64,000 nucleotides of DNA, from IMG/VR virus record IMGVR_UViG_3300034812_000685; one strand, written 5' to 3'. The stretch comes from an uncultured virus (IMG/VR IMGVR_UViG_3300034812_000685). Taxonomy: Duplodnaviria; Heunggongvirae; Uroviricota; Caudoviricetes. This document shows, piece by piece, positions 1 through 9,899 of the stretch (its first letter is position 1; the number at the start of each line of letters is the position of its first letter). The notes under the pieces are model-generated. The model made no database searches, was not told the DNA's origin, and saw only the letters and a list, made by a program, of their open reading frames with translations. The position numbers and the translations under genes are program-made.

Positions 1-14
1 GAAAGTCTGGGTAC

Positions 15-524
15 ATGGCATCTCCGTTGGCCCCTTATATCAATGGAAGATTGCTTGTTCCTGGGCAGGGGACTGTAAGTCTTAGTAGTGGGCGATGGGT
101 GCGGGCTGCATCTGACAGTTATTTAGTGAAGTTATTTATAAAAAGAAGTCAATATAGTGGCGTGAGCAGCGGATCAAAGCGGATTCCATTGGAGTCGCAG
201 CTCGACGGTGAGATGCTGCCTGGCGCTGGTGGTGATCAGTTCTATTACAGGGGTTATGCGTTGGAATATTCGGCCGTCAGCAGTAGCTGGGACCTCGAGA
301 CCAGTGATGAGTCAGCATTAACGTTTAGTGAGGTGACGACACAATTTGACTGGATGGAGCCTGGTGTTGAGTGTAAGTTTAGATTGGGGCAAGATCCAAT
401 CATGCATACTGCAAGAATTCAACGTTCTAGTGGTGTTTTCGGCGGCCAGGGCATTGATTCGATTATTTATGAGCAAATTTCAGGTGTTGAGATACAGATT
501 ACTGGAGGCGAGGTGCAAAATTAA
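15..524 (+). CDS. hypothetical virion protein (possible head-tail connector)
   Basis: 169-aa ORF whose stop overlaps the next start; position at the start of the tail cluster only. Confidence 0.45.
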   Translation: MASPLAPYINGRLLVPGQGTVSLSSGRWVRAASDSYLVKLFIKRSQYSGVSSGSKRIPLESQLDGEMLPGAGGDQFYYRGYALEYSAVSSSWDLETSDESALTFSEVTTQFDWMEPGVECKFRLGQDPIMHTARIQRSSGVFGGQGIDSIIYEQISGVEIQITGGEVQN

Positions 525-1051
525 TGACAAAGATCAAGATTAGGGAATCGTTGAATTTCCCGAAGATCAAATTAAAATATATGACGCCTCAAGCGAGGAC
601 AAAGGCTAAGGGTGGAATTTCCAAAGGGATGATGAATTCCAGGACGATTATTAAAACAAGCCTGTCAGAAGCGTTGCAAAAGTCCTTAAAGGCATCTGTT
701 TGGTCATGGCCCAACAAAACTCATCGCCAAAATGGCAGTATAGTTGGCACAATACGTGATATTTATGATACCGGTAAGCTGTACCGGAGTCAAAAGGTTG
801 TGAGTAAATATTCTGGTGGTGTTTTAGGATTTGCAATCAGTTATTCGGCTCCTTATGCGTATCTTGTCCATTATGGAGGCGCTCAGAGGCCCTATGGAGA
901 CGTAACCAGGCCCTTGAGGCTACTGCCAGGCAGACCATGGGTTTACGCGACTGTGAAGGGCACACACGGCATCGAGAAGTACGATTTAAACAGGCATTTA
1001 TCAGCAGCAATCAAGCAGGAATGGCTAGCTAGGTTTAATCCGTCTCAATGA
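524..1051 (+). CDS. putative tail completion/neck protein (HK97 gp10-like)
   Basis: Motifs RDIYDTGKLYRS, YSAPYAYLVHYG and PGRPW are typical of gp10-like neck proteins. Confidence 0.65.
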   Translation: MTKIKIRESLNFPKIKLKYMTPQARTKAKGGISKGMMNSRTIIKTSLSEALQKSLKASVWSWPNKTHRQNGSIVGTIRDIYDTGKLYRSQKVVSKYSGGVLGFAISYSAPYAYLVHYGGAQRPYGDVTRPLRLLPGRPWVYATVKGTHGIEKYDLNRHLSAAIKQEWLARFNPSQ

Positions 1052-1083
1052 TTTGGTAATATACTTCAGTCTTTTTAGAAAGT

Positions 1084-1620
1084 ATGGCCAGGTCCAAGAA
1101 GGGTTTGCTGCCATTTGTTGTGCAGCCAAAACTTGATAAGTATATTGATGTAATTGGTACTGAAACAAGCGGTAAGATTGAGATCGAACGACGTGGGTAT
1201 TTGTCGGTATCTGAAAAGGCAATTGTTCAAGGGGCAGCCGGCAATGACCCTGCAATGGCTGATATTTATACATTGAGCAGTGTTGTTGCTCGGGCAAAGA
1301 AGAAAAAGCCGGGGCAAGTGCTTAAGGATATGATGCAATCTGAGCGTCCTAGTTATTTGGCTGAATATGATGGAGAGATCTCACAGAAACTTTTGGCATT
1401 GATCGCATATCAAGAGAAAGTAGCAATCATTCAAGCTACTGCGTTGATTATGGGTCGAGTAGATCCGGAATGGACAGTTGAGAAAACGCTTGAGTTGCAT
1501 CCAGAATTGATCGAAGAGTTGTCAAAATTTTATAGTGAGGAGGAAGCAAAAAGCAACAAACGCATTATTGAGGCTGGAGAAGAGCAAGAGGAAAATGGAA
1601 CAGCTGAGGGAAAGTCGTAA
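1084..1620 (+). CDS. tail assembly chaperone (gpG-like)
   Basis: Ends GAG GGA AAG TCG TAA, with the lambda G/T slippery heptamer GGGAAAG at 1608-1614. Confidence 0.75.
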   Translation: MARSKKGLLPFVVQPKLDKYIDVIGTETSGKIEIERRGYLSVSEKAIVQGAAGNDPAMADIYTLSSVVARAKKKKPGQVLKDMMQSERPSYLAEYDGEISQKLLALIAYQEKVAIIQATALIMGRVDPEWTVEKTLELHPELIEELSKFYSEEEAKSNKRIIEAGEEQEENGTAEGKS

Positions 1621-1682
1621 GCCAGGAAGAAGGTATTGATTTTGAAGAATACTATTGGATCCTGAAGGCAGGTTTTCCTGGC
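1608..1682 (+). promoter_or_regulatory. programmed -1 ribosomal frameshift signal
   Basis: G GGA AAG in frame, 6-nt spacer, then stem GCCAGGAA (1621-1628)/TTCCTGGC (1675-1682); the -1 frame is open to 2237. Confidence 0.85.
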
Positions 1683-2237
1683 GATAAAGACTTTTGTTTA
1701 GAAAATTACTGGCAGTTGCCGTATGAATACGTGCTTCAAGCGACTAAAAAGCTTGCTGAGCAAAAGTTTAAAGACTTGCATAATGCTGAGAGGCCAACAG
1801 CTTTATTGGCGTCTATTTATGTCAACAGCAAAAGGGACAAGAAAAAACAACCAAAGCCTGTTGAATATATGGATTTCTGCTTTTACAGACAAGCAGATAA
1901 AACGCAAAGTGCAACCGGGCAAAACGGTGCTGCGATGCTTGAATTAATCAAGCAAGGAAAGAATCCGTCGTGGGCTTTGTTTTGCTATAAAGCTATTACT
2001 TCAAATGCGGACAAGGTATTCACAGGTGCGATTGTTGCCCTTGTGGCTGAAGACGCAATGCTTTTAAATCCGATTAAGACAGGAAGCGCTTACACTGGTC
2101 TTTTGATTGCCTTAGAATCTGCTTCTAATAAGGTTCAAAAGTTCACCTCCCCATGCGGCATACAGATAAATATGCGTGTACCACATGTAGAAACAAAGGT
2201 TGTGGCACGAGAAGGCGAGCGCTTGATGATTATTTAG
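1614..2237 (+). CDS. gpT-like frameshift extension of the tail assembly chaperone
   Basis: The -1 frame reads VVSQEEGIDFEEYYW... without a stop into track ORF 1716..2237, which has only a TTG start. Confidence 0.75.
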   Translation, partial: VVSQEEGIDFEEYYWILKAGFPGDKDFCLENYWQLPYEYVLQATKKLAEQKFKDLHNAERPTALLASIYVNSKRDKKKQPKPVEYMDFCFYRQADKTQSATGQNGAAMLELIKQGKNPSWALFCYKAITSNADKVFTGAIVALVAEDAMLLNPIKTGSAYTGLLIALESASNKVQKFTSPCGIQINMRVPHVETKVVAREGERLMII

Positions 2238-2685
2238 CATCTGTACCTGTAGGCCATTGACCCATCAGTTGATTTGCGTAATCATCGACAATCCTTGAGT
2301 CTTCCTCGTCATATCGACTGAAATGACTTAGCCCACCACTTAGCCATTGCCTAATGCGCCATTCTTTTTCTGGTGCATAAAACGATTGTTCTCTGAACCA
2401 GCTCAACCATTCTCTTGATGATTTTGCTTGATTGCAATGTGAACAGGCGGGAATGCAATTGCTTGTTCGATCTTCACCTCCAGCGCTGCGTGGCTTGACA
2501 TGATCAATTGTCAGTGATTCATCTACGATTGGTGTTGCTCCACAGTATGCACATCGATTGTTCCAGGCATCTTTAATTGATTGCCGCCATTGTTGGCGTG
2601 CTTCGCGTCTTGTTAAAGCAGTCATGTTATACAAATAATCTGATATACGCTCGTAGACGGGAGCGAAGTCCTGCGACGAATGCAT
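2230..2685 (-). CDS. HNH endonuclease
   Basis: CAYCG...TIDHVKPRSAGG...NCIPACSHCNQAK, a McrA/HNH signature. Confidence 0.9.
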   Translation of the reverse strand: MHSSQDFAPVYERISDYLYNMTALTRREARQQWRQSIKDAWNNRCAYCGATPIVDESLTIDHVKPRSAGGEDRTSNCIPACSHCNQAKSSREWLSWFREQSFYAPEKEWRIRQWLSGGLSHFSRYDEEDSRIVDDYANQLMGQWPTGTDAK

Positions 2686-2817
2686 CGAAATCAGATTATT
2701 GTAAGAATTAACAAACGGGTAATATATTCATTCATTGGCCTCATGTGTGCCTCCGTGTTGTTATTCTTGCCCTAAGTTTACCGTAGCGGAATACTAAATG
2801 GACAGATTTTTAGGCAG

Positions 2818-3255
2818 ATGGCGCAGTCTTTCCCTACAAGTGCTGAAATTATTTATAACACTTTGTCGGGGGACAGCTCATTTACTGCAATGCTTGGTAC
2901 GTATACATTTAAAGGTAATACATCTACTCTTCCTGCTATTTCTATTTTAAGTGCTGGGCAAGATTTGCCTGGCTTAAATAATGTAGGTGGCGTTGAATGT
3001 ATAATTCAAGATACTGGCGATATTATAAAGAACGAATATCTTACTGGTGATGCTGCAAGGTTAACAGTGGTTTGGAGTGTCTTTTTGATTGCTTGGGGTA
3101 ACACTACGGGAACACAATTACAGACAGCCGCCGAAAAAGTATGTAGTCATTTCCTTGGCTCACAATCAATACAAACGGTCGCGACCAGCGATGGTCTTGG
3201 ATCAACTGTACAAACCAAAGTCTTGATCAACTCTGACATGCCAATCATCAGTTAA
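2818..3255 (+). CDS. putative tail terminator protein
   Basis: 145 aa, immediately upstream of the tail tube gene; IYNTLSGDSSFTAMLG N-terminus resembles tail terminators. Confidence 0.5.
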   Translation: MAQSFPTSAEIIYNTLSGDSSFTAMLGTYTFKGNTSTLPAISILSAGQDLPGLNNVGGVECIIQDTGDIIKNEYLTGDAARLTVVWSVFLIAWGNTTGTQLQTAAEKVCSHFLGSQSIQTVATSDGLGSTVQTKVLINSDMPIIS

Positions 3256-3348
3256 TAATTACGGCATACTATTTGATTTGATTGGAAGTATAGGGTAACG
3301 GGCCGATGTGTCCGAGTACCTTCGCACGGGCCTCGCCCGATACTCTGA

Positions 3349-3948
3349 ATGGCAAATTTCTCTGCCGCATTCGGCTATGACTTCTTCATTATGCCGCTGT
3401 CGTCTGGAAACGTCGACATTACTACTGTAACTGGTACGGCCAGTTCCTTTTTGGCTACTACCGCGCCTTATGCTACTGGTGACACCGTTGCTTATAGCAG
3501 TGGTATTTTCACTGTTGGCGGCAATGCTTTTGCCATGGACGGTACTGTTGATGGCAGCTCGACTGCAGATGCTCCTGTCAAATTGATCGGCTTGACCGCT
3601 GCATCTTTGGAGACTGAGACAGGCACAGAAGAGGTGTATACCTATGACGATACCGCCAGCGGTTTCAGTCAAGCTGTTGCAACCACCAAAGGATTTTCAA
3701 TCACTCTTTCTGGTGTGGCTGATTATTCTGATGCTGGTTACAAGGTTCTGCGTTTGACCGAGCAAAACACTGTTGCTGATGATCTGCGGGTCAAGTTCCT
3801 GCGTACTGGTCCAACTGGTACCACTGAAACAATCTTTGGATATGGCACTCTGACCGGATTCACTGAAAGCAATGAGGTTACAAGCGTGGTTTCCTGGGAA
3901 TGCACCTTGACTGGATATGGTCCTTATGCCTTGAACCTTGAAAGCTGA
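3349..3948 (+). CDS. major tail tube protein
   Basis: Ser/Thr/Gly-rich 199 aa with tube-like C-terminus (FGYGTLTGFTES...VSWECTLTGYG); followed by a terminator and the tape measure gene. Confidence 0.8.
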   Translation: MANFSAAFGYDFFIMPLSSGNVDITTVTGTASSFLATTAPYATGDTVAYSSGIFTVGGNAFAMDGTVDGSSTADAPVKLIGLTAASLETETGTEEVYTYDDTASGFSQAVATTKGFSITLSGVADYSDAGYKVLRLTEQNTVADDLRVKFLRTGPTGTTETIFGYGTLTGFTESNEVTSVVSWECTLTGYGPYALNLES

Positions 3949-3973
3949 TTAAGAGCTAAAACTGAATAGATAG

Positions 3974-3994
3974 AGGCCCACCAGGGCCTTTTTT
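3974..3994 (+). terminator. intrinsic terminator
   Basis: AGGCCC-ACCA-GGGCCT followed by a T run. Confidence 0.8.
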
Positions 3995-4027
3995 CATGGA
4001 AGACTAAAACAGCTCGATGGCGTTGCA

Positions 4028-6826
4028 GTGGCCGAAAACCTACAGTTTAATCTGGAAGTTGATAATTCCAAGGCCATTCAAAGTATTGATGAGTTTTTCA
4101 ATAAGTTTCAGTCTGGCGCTAAGGTGGCTCGGGCTGTTTTGGATAACGAGTTAGGCACGAAGGGTAAGATTGAAGTTGTTGTAGATGTCAAAAATAAAAA
4201 GGCTGCAAATGAAGTTAAAAAAATTAGCGATGAGGCGAAAAAGGTAAAAGAAAACATGGCTCTGGCCAATGCCGAGCTAGGTAAAACTGCATCACAGGTA
4301 AAAAAACAAATTACAGCATTAAAAACACTTCGAGATAACACTGAGAAATTTGATCAAGCAACGGGAAAGCTTAATGCAAAATGGAAACAATTTAACGATA
4401 AATTACAAATAGCAAAAAATCAATATGGGAGGCTGAATTTTGAAGGCCCGATCAATACGTTAAAGAATGCGCTTACTGGCGTTATTGGTAAGTTTACGCT
4501 TGTTCAAACGCTTGCAAACCTTTTTACTGCTGCAATACAGGCCGTTGGCCGTGCAATAGGTGATATGGTTCAGAATGCAATACAATTTGAGGTTTTAAGT
4601 TTACAATTAGAGGCCTTTACTGGAAGTGCTAAGAATGCTCAAATAGCTTTTCAGGCGTTTGGAGCAACAGCTGCTGCTACACCGTTTGACCTAAAACAGG
4701 TTGCTCAAGCTGGTAAGACCATGATGGCTTTTGGCATGAGTACTAAAGAGTCTATGGAGATGACAGATCGGCTGGCAATAGCTGCTGCGGCCACTGGAGG
4801 TGAACTTAATAACCTTTCAAGAAACCTTGGTCAAATTCAAGCCCAGGGGCGTGCCTATACAAGAGACTTGACGCAATTTGCGATGCAAGGTATTCCGATC
4901 TGGGAGGAATTGTCGGAGGTTACAGGTGAAAGTGTCATAGCACTTAAAGATATGGCTAAGGAAGGGCAGATCGGTTTTGAGGAGGTTTCGCAAGCCATAA
5001 GAAATATGACCGACGAAGGTTCTGCTTTTGCGGAAATTGCAGAAAGAATGGGTGATACGGTTCAAGGTAGACTTGCAAGAATTCAACAAGCATCTGATAA
5101 AATGGCACTTTCGTTTGCCAAAGCTTTCAACGTAATAGATAAACAGCTACCTGTAGTGTCGGGTCTGTTAAAAAGTCTGGAGTCTGTTTTAAATTTCTTT
5201 GCTAAACACATGGAGAATATTCTCCTGTTGCTTGGGTCTATTGCACTGGCGATTGCTGGAGCTTTTGGACTCAAAGCTTTATTAATGTTAAAAACATTCA
5301 TTGCACAACAAGGCGCACTTCTTCTTATGCTAAAAGCAGTAAATATAGCATTAGGTGTGATGAAAGTACTTCTTGGCGGTTTTGGAATAGCCATGATTGC
5401 AATAGCAGCCGTCGTGGGTATATTTGGTGCTTTGAAGGGTGCTGTTAATGATGCCAAAAAGGCAGCGCAAGAGAAGGCGGAAGCAGATTTTGTTGCAATG
5501 GATGCGACGAAAAGGTTGACAGACGCAGAACTTAAAAAGGTAGCAGCTCATAATACTGCTATTGGTGTTGCAGCAAATTATGTGCTTGCGATGAGGGAAA
5601 TAGCTCAAGCATCAGCTGAAGCAACTGAAACAGAAATCACGAAGCTTGAGGAGATAATGGCAAGAAGGACGGCAGCGCATGAACAGGCCATGGAGGAACT
5701 CGATGAGGAAATCGAGGCAAAAGAACAGCAAATCCAAGATGAAAAGGATAGTTTCGAAGAGTTAATGGACTTGAAGAAACAGGCCCATGAAGACCGGCTG
5801 GATGATATTGACGAAGAGTATGAAGCTAAGAAGAAACTCATCGATGATGAGATCGCTAGCCTGCGAAAAAAAGGACCCTTCGAACAAGCCCTTTATGATT
5901 TAAGGAAAAAAGAATTACAGGATAAGATTAACTCTAACAAGCTTGAAGGCAAGGCACTGCTTCAGGCTCAAGCTCGTCTTGAGCGAATGCTAAGGACTGA
6001 AAAAATACAAAAATTACGCCTGAAGGATAAAGAACTCGAGTTTGAAAAAGCACAGAAAGTAACCGCAGAAGAAGAAAGATATGGAGATGAAGTAAAAGAA
6101 GCAACTGATAAACATGAACAAAGACTTAGTGTATTAGAGACCGAACTCCAAGGCCTTAAAGACAGAAAGTCAATAGCAGAAGAGGCGCATCAAAGGGAAC
6201 GGCAAGAAGTACAAGAGACAATTGATTCTTACCGTAATCAAAAGACAGCTATAGATGACAGCACAACTGCCTTGCACAATCAAATAAAGGTTGTCCAGAG
6301 GTTGGCTACAGAAACCAAGATTCTTGAAGATCGTGCGCGTAGAGCTGCAGCAGAATTGGACAATCTTGCCAAGAAAGAATCGAGTACACAGCACAAGGGC
6401 GGCGAAAGATCCAGGCCAAAAACTGAAAGAGCCGCTGGTGGCCCTGTGACAGGCGGAACTAGCTATACCGTTAATGAACTAGGCAAGGAAGCTTTCCTCT
6501 CGGCTCAGGGCCGTTTAAGCATGATTGACGCACCTTCTTGGGGGTCATGGACTGCTCCGGGTAAAGGTACAGTTATCCCAGCGCATTTAGCGTCACAGCT
6601 GAACATACCTACTGGCGGCATTAATTTAAATAAAGCAGCAAGCGGTAACGCGATGATGGCCAGTGAAAATCAAGGAACGGGATCGATTGTAAAAGCAATT
6701 AAATCTGCAATGATGGGCGGTGATAATATTACAAACAATGTTACGGTTCAATCTGACAATACCACTAAGACAGCAAGCGACATGCTTGTTTCGATGACAC
6801 GCCTGCGTCGGCGTAGGTATTCTTAA
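4028..6826 (+). CDS. tape measure protein
   Basis: 932 aa; tape-measure domain (AAATPFDLKQV...QFAMQGIPIWEEL), hydrophobic central helices, long coiled coil, C-terminal RAAGGPV...YTVNELGKE motif. Confidence 0.92.
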   Translation: MAENLQFNLEVDNSKAIQSIDEFFNKFQSGAKVARAVLDNELGTKGKIEVVVDVKNKKAANEVKKISDEAKKVKENMALANAELGKTASQVKKQITALKTLRDNTEKFDQATGKLNAKWKQFNDKLQIAKNQYGRLNFEGPINTLKNALTGVIGKFTLVQTLANLFTAAIQAVGRAIGDMVQNAIQFEVLSLQLEAFTGSAKNAQIAFQAFGATAAATPFDLKQVAQAGKTMMAFGMSTKESMEMTDRLAIAAAATGGELNNLSRNLGQIQAQGRAYTRDLTQFAMQGIPIWEELSEVTGESVIALKDMAKEGQIGFEEVSQAIRNMTDEGSAFAEIAERMGDTVQGRLARIQQASDKMALSFAKAFNVIDKQLPVVSGLLKSLESVLNFFAKHMENILLLLGSIALAIAGAFGLKALLMLKTFIAQQGALLLMLKAVNIALGVMKVLLGGFGIAMIAIAAVVGIFGALKGAVNDAKKAAQEKAEADFVAMDATKRLTDAELKKVAAHNTAIGVAANYVLAMREIAQASAEATETEITKLEEIMARRTAAHEQAMEELDEEIEAKEQQIQDEKDSFEELMDLKKQAHEDRLDDIDEEYEAKKKLIDDEIASLRKKGPFEQALYDLRKKELQDKINSNKLEGKALLQAQARLERMLRTEKIQKLRLKDKELEFEKAQKVTAEEERYGDEVKEATDKHEQRLSVLETELQGLKDRKSIAEEAHQRERQEVQETIDSYRNQKTAIDDSTTALHNQIKVVQRLATETKILEDRARRAAAELDNLAKKESSTQHKGGERSRPKTERAAGGPVTGGTSYTVNELGKEAFLSAQGRLSMIDAPSWGSWTAPGKGTVIPAHLASQLNIPTGGINLNKAASGNAMMASENQGTGSIVKAIKSAMMGGDNITNNVTVQSDNTTKTASDMLVSMTRLRRRRYS

Positions 6827-6843
6827 TTGCTTGACACAAAAAC

Positions 6844-7191
6844 ATGTTTGTCTTTGGAGAACCGCAGGACATTGCTGAGATGTTTAGAGTCGAAGTAGCA
6901 GCCGAATGGGATGTTGAAAAGCCGACGAATCCAATAAAAGAGCAATCGGTCGAAGAATTACAAGTCTCAATCTGTTTTGCCAGGGAAGCTTATCAACGAG
7001 CATTGCATAATGATTCAACAGAAGAATCATTGGATATACTTCTGAATGATTATGATGAGCTATTTACAGTATTGGCTACAACGAGCGAAAACTTTAGAAA
7101 TATAGTGTTGAACGGTACTCATGTAGTTATCGGCAGCAATACAACGGAGCAAAAGAACAAGTACAAAGCGATCGTAGAGAGCGTATCTTAG
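6844..7191 (+). CDS. hypothetical protein
   Basis: 115-aa ORF filling the gap between tail genes. Confidence 0.6.
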   Translation: MFVFGEPQDIAEMFRVEVAAEWDVEKPTNPIKEQSVEELQVSICFAREAYQRALHNDSTEESLDILLNDYDELFTVLATTSENFRNIVLNGTHVVIGSNTTEQKNKYKAIVESVS

Positions 7192-7218
7192 GCAACCTAA
7201 TCCAGTTGGTGGCTTGAC

Positions 7219-7617
7219 ATGGCGGCAATTGGTCTAGCATATGTTGCGCAAGATAGTGTCAGCCATAATGTTGTTATCCGTAGGTTTACCGAAGGAGCAA
7301 TACCAAGGATTTACGACGGAACCGCTGCTTACGGAAGAACGGCTAGCGGAGGTACAACCGTCGAATCTCGTGCTGGACGGCAGAAATACATCTGGGCAAT
7401 ATCTGCTCCATTGAGCAAAGCTGATGCCTTAGAGATTGATGCGATGTTTAAAGATTGGGATGAGGACAGGTCTAATGGCTATGCCTCTGCTGTTGGAGTT
7501 ACTGATGAAACTTTTGGTTCTTCACTAACGACAACTGCCGTATTTAGTACGCCGCCTTCATACGAATATGTAAATGAACATTTTGTAATAGTTACTTTTG
7601 GATTAACGGAGGTTTGA
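7219..7617 (+). CDS. putative distal tail protein
   Basis: Size and position after the tape measure gene; beta-rich sequence. Confidence 0.5.
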   Translation: MAAIGLAYVAQDSVSHNVVIRRFTEGAIPRIYDGTAAYGRTASGGTTVESRAGRQKYIWAISAPLSKADALEIDAMFKDWDEDRSNGYASAVGVTDETFGSSLTTTAVFSTPPSYEYVNEHFVIVTFGLTEV

Positions 7618-7618
7618 T

Positions 7619-9868
7619 ATGTCATATATTATCAATGGCGCTAGGCCACATGCCTTAACTATAGGCGGAACAAATTACACTTCGAGACTTGTAAACTTTA
7701 CAGTTTCAGATGGCTCGGCGTTTAAAAATGGCTTTGTCACAACTAGTGGTACGGTCACTCTGGCTACAACAAATGATGGAACAAATCTGGCTGATTACGA
7801 CCGCAACATGTTCAAGCGTGGGGCTGTAGTATTATTAGATATAACTTATGATGATGGAACTACAGAAAGACATCCCAGAGGGTATCTTTATGTAATTGGG
7901 GTTAGCTATGATATTGAAAATGAGCAGATTAATATTGAAGTTGGTTGTGAGCTTACCCTAAGAAGATTGATAAATAAAGTAGATGACATATTGACTCTAG
8001 CTCCAATCACTCTAGACCCAGAAAGAAAAACTTACGAGGGTATTTCAGGAAGTCTCGCTACTGCTGGAAAATATGCCTACCAAAACAATCAAGGCACAAT
8101 TGTTACGACAGATTCTTTTCCAAGTCAAAACGAATTCTTTGTTGATAATAATGTTTATATTTCTGTCAGGGGCACAACAGCCGTTGACGTAAACCCACTA
8201 CAGTCAGGCCCTGCGCCGGATGAAATTATATTTGAAGCAGCTGAGCCGACAGCTGGAGAAAATACATCTGGACAGGGCATGGAAGATGTAGTAACAACAA
8301 CAAGTTATTATTTTATAAAACATCCGGGACCACTTTTTAAGCAAGTAAGGTCCTGCAGTGAGGTGCAAGAATGTCTTGGAGATTTAAAAAATTCAACGCC
8401 TGACAATCAACTTCCTCCTGTTGTACCTAACAGCTGTGGCCGCGATCCTGAAACGCCACCTGAAGCTGGGTACAGCAAATGTGAAGATATGTATGAAGTC
8501 ATAGAGAATCGTATTTACCTACCGGCAAGGTCGACTCAAATACAAACAACCACTTACGGAGGACCAGCAGCTCAAGTCAGTGAGGTGGTTACCGAAACTT
8601 ACAAGTTCGCACTAGAGTTGAATCCAGGGTTCTTCTCTGATGTTTTCTATGCTTGCTGGGCCAATTTTGGAACGTATTGCAATCCAAATGGGTACTGCAG
8701 AATCGGTGGATTGCATTCCATACTCGCAGAAAGAAGAATTCAGAAAAACATATTTGGTGAAGCTAACGAAGTGGTGGAAACCCAAAACTTTGTGTATTCA
8801 AATAGCCTCGCAGTTGTAAAACCTGAGGATTATCGAAGCGGCACTGTTGATGGCGTACCACAGATTTTTACCGCAAGTGTACCGGCCAGACTGTTTCTTG
8901 CAGAATATACAAGAATTTTAAATTATAGCGAAGATAATCTTGAAGTACAAGAGACAATTACTAAGACAAGTCCAACATCAAGGGGTATTGGTGTTAGTAA
9001 AGGTCTTTATTATATTGACGCGATCCAGAATGGTATTACAACAAGACAAATCAGAAAAAGCACAAAGGCGACTGTCCTAAATATTGCGCCAGATAATGCA
9101 AATAATTCAGCAACCATAACACAAAACAGCAAGACTACAATTGAACTTGAGAATGGTGGAAAGGAGGGACCTTCTTGGCACGAAAAGTATATTGCAGAAG
9201 AAAGTGGCCTTGTACCATTTCTAATCGACAACAAGGAAGCTAGACAAGCCGCTATACGTAAGTACGAAAACTATTTGAAATACTGGTACGAAGGTGACGC
9301 CAGGGGGATACAGATAACGGAGATGTTGCGTAAAACTATTGCGACCAATTGGTATCCGACCAGAACCTTTAGATATTACGATCCTAATACCCCATACTAT
9401 GCAGCTTTCAGAATGGATGCTTCTAGCTGGGAGGTAACACCAGCTGGCTGCTACGTGGCTACTGATGGACTGTTTATAGATGAATTTAGTGGTGCCCCGA
9501 CAATACCAAACAATGTGGTAGGCGCTGCAACCCCTGACATGACTGATGGCGCTCCGACAACTCCTTCAGCACCTAACCCAGAGCCCACAGATAATGACCC
9601 GGACTTTTCAAATCCGAAAAACATGAAGATTAGATGCACGCTTGAATTGGGATTCAGTGTGAAAGCAAGATATGGCGGATTAGTCCCACCACCGATCACG
9701 AGAGCCGATGCAGATCTCAACTTTATAATGAAGATATATGTGAGCGGTATTTTGTCTCAAGTAGGTGCGTTAGTTCTTCCTACAGAACTCGGTAATCTGC
9801 CTATTACTTCAGGACAAAGGCTAATTGTTGACGACAGCAAAATTATTGACCAGGACTTATTTGCCTGA
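7619..9868 (+). CDS. putative tail tip/hub protein
   Basis: 749 aa, Thr-rich, in the canonical position after the Dit-like gene; internal Cys cluster. Confidence 0.55.
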   Translation: MSYIINGARPHALTIGGTNYTSRLVNFTVSDGSAFKNGFVTTSGTVTLATTNDGTNLADYDRNMFKRGAVVLLDITYDDGTTERHPRGYLYVIGVSYDIENEQINIEVGCELTLRRLINKVDDILTLAPITLDPERKTYEGISGSLATAGKYAYQNNQGTIVTTDSFPSQNEFFVDNNVYISVRGTTAVDVNPLQSGPAPDEIIFEAAEPTAGENTSGQGMEDVVTTTSYYFIKHPGPLFKQVRSCSEVQECLGDLKNSTPDNQLPPVVPNSCGRDPETPPEAGYSKCEDMYEVIENRIYLPARSTQIQTTTYGGPAAQVSEVVTETYKFALELNPGFFSDVFYACWANFGTYCNPNGYCRIGGLHSILAERRIQKNIFGEANEVVETQNFVYSNSLAVVKPEDYRSGTVDGVPQIFTASVPARLFLAEYTRILNYSEDNLEVQETITKTSPTSRGIGVSKGLYYIDAIQNGITTRQIRKSTKATVLNIAPDNANNSATITQNSKTTIELENGGKEGPSWHEKYIAEESGLVPFLIDNKEARQAAIRKYENYLKYWYEGDARGIQITEMLRKTIATNWYPTRTFRYYDPNTPYYAAFRMDASSWEVTPAGCYVATDGLFIDEFSGAPTIPNNVVGAATPDMTDGAPTTPSAPNPEPTDNDPDFSNPKNMKIRCTLELGFSVKARYGGLVPPPITRADADLNFIMKIYVSGILSQVGALVLPTELGNLPITSGQRLIVDDSKIIDQDLFA

Positions 9869-9899
9869 TCGGAATACTACTGCGACGGGAGGCTAATTT

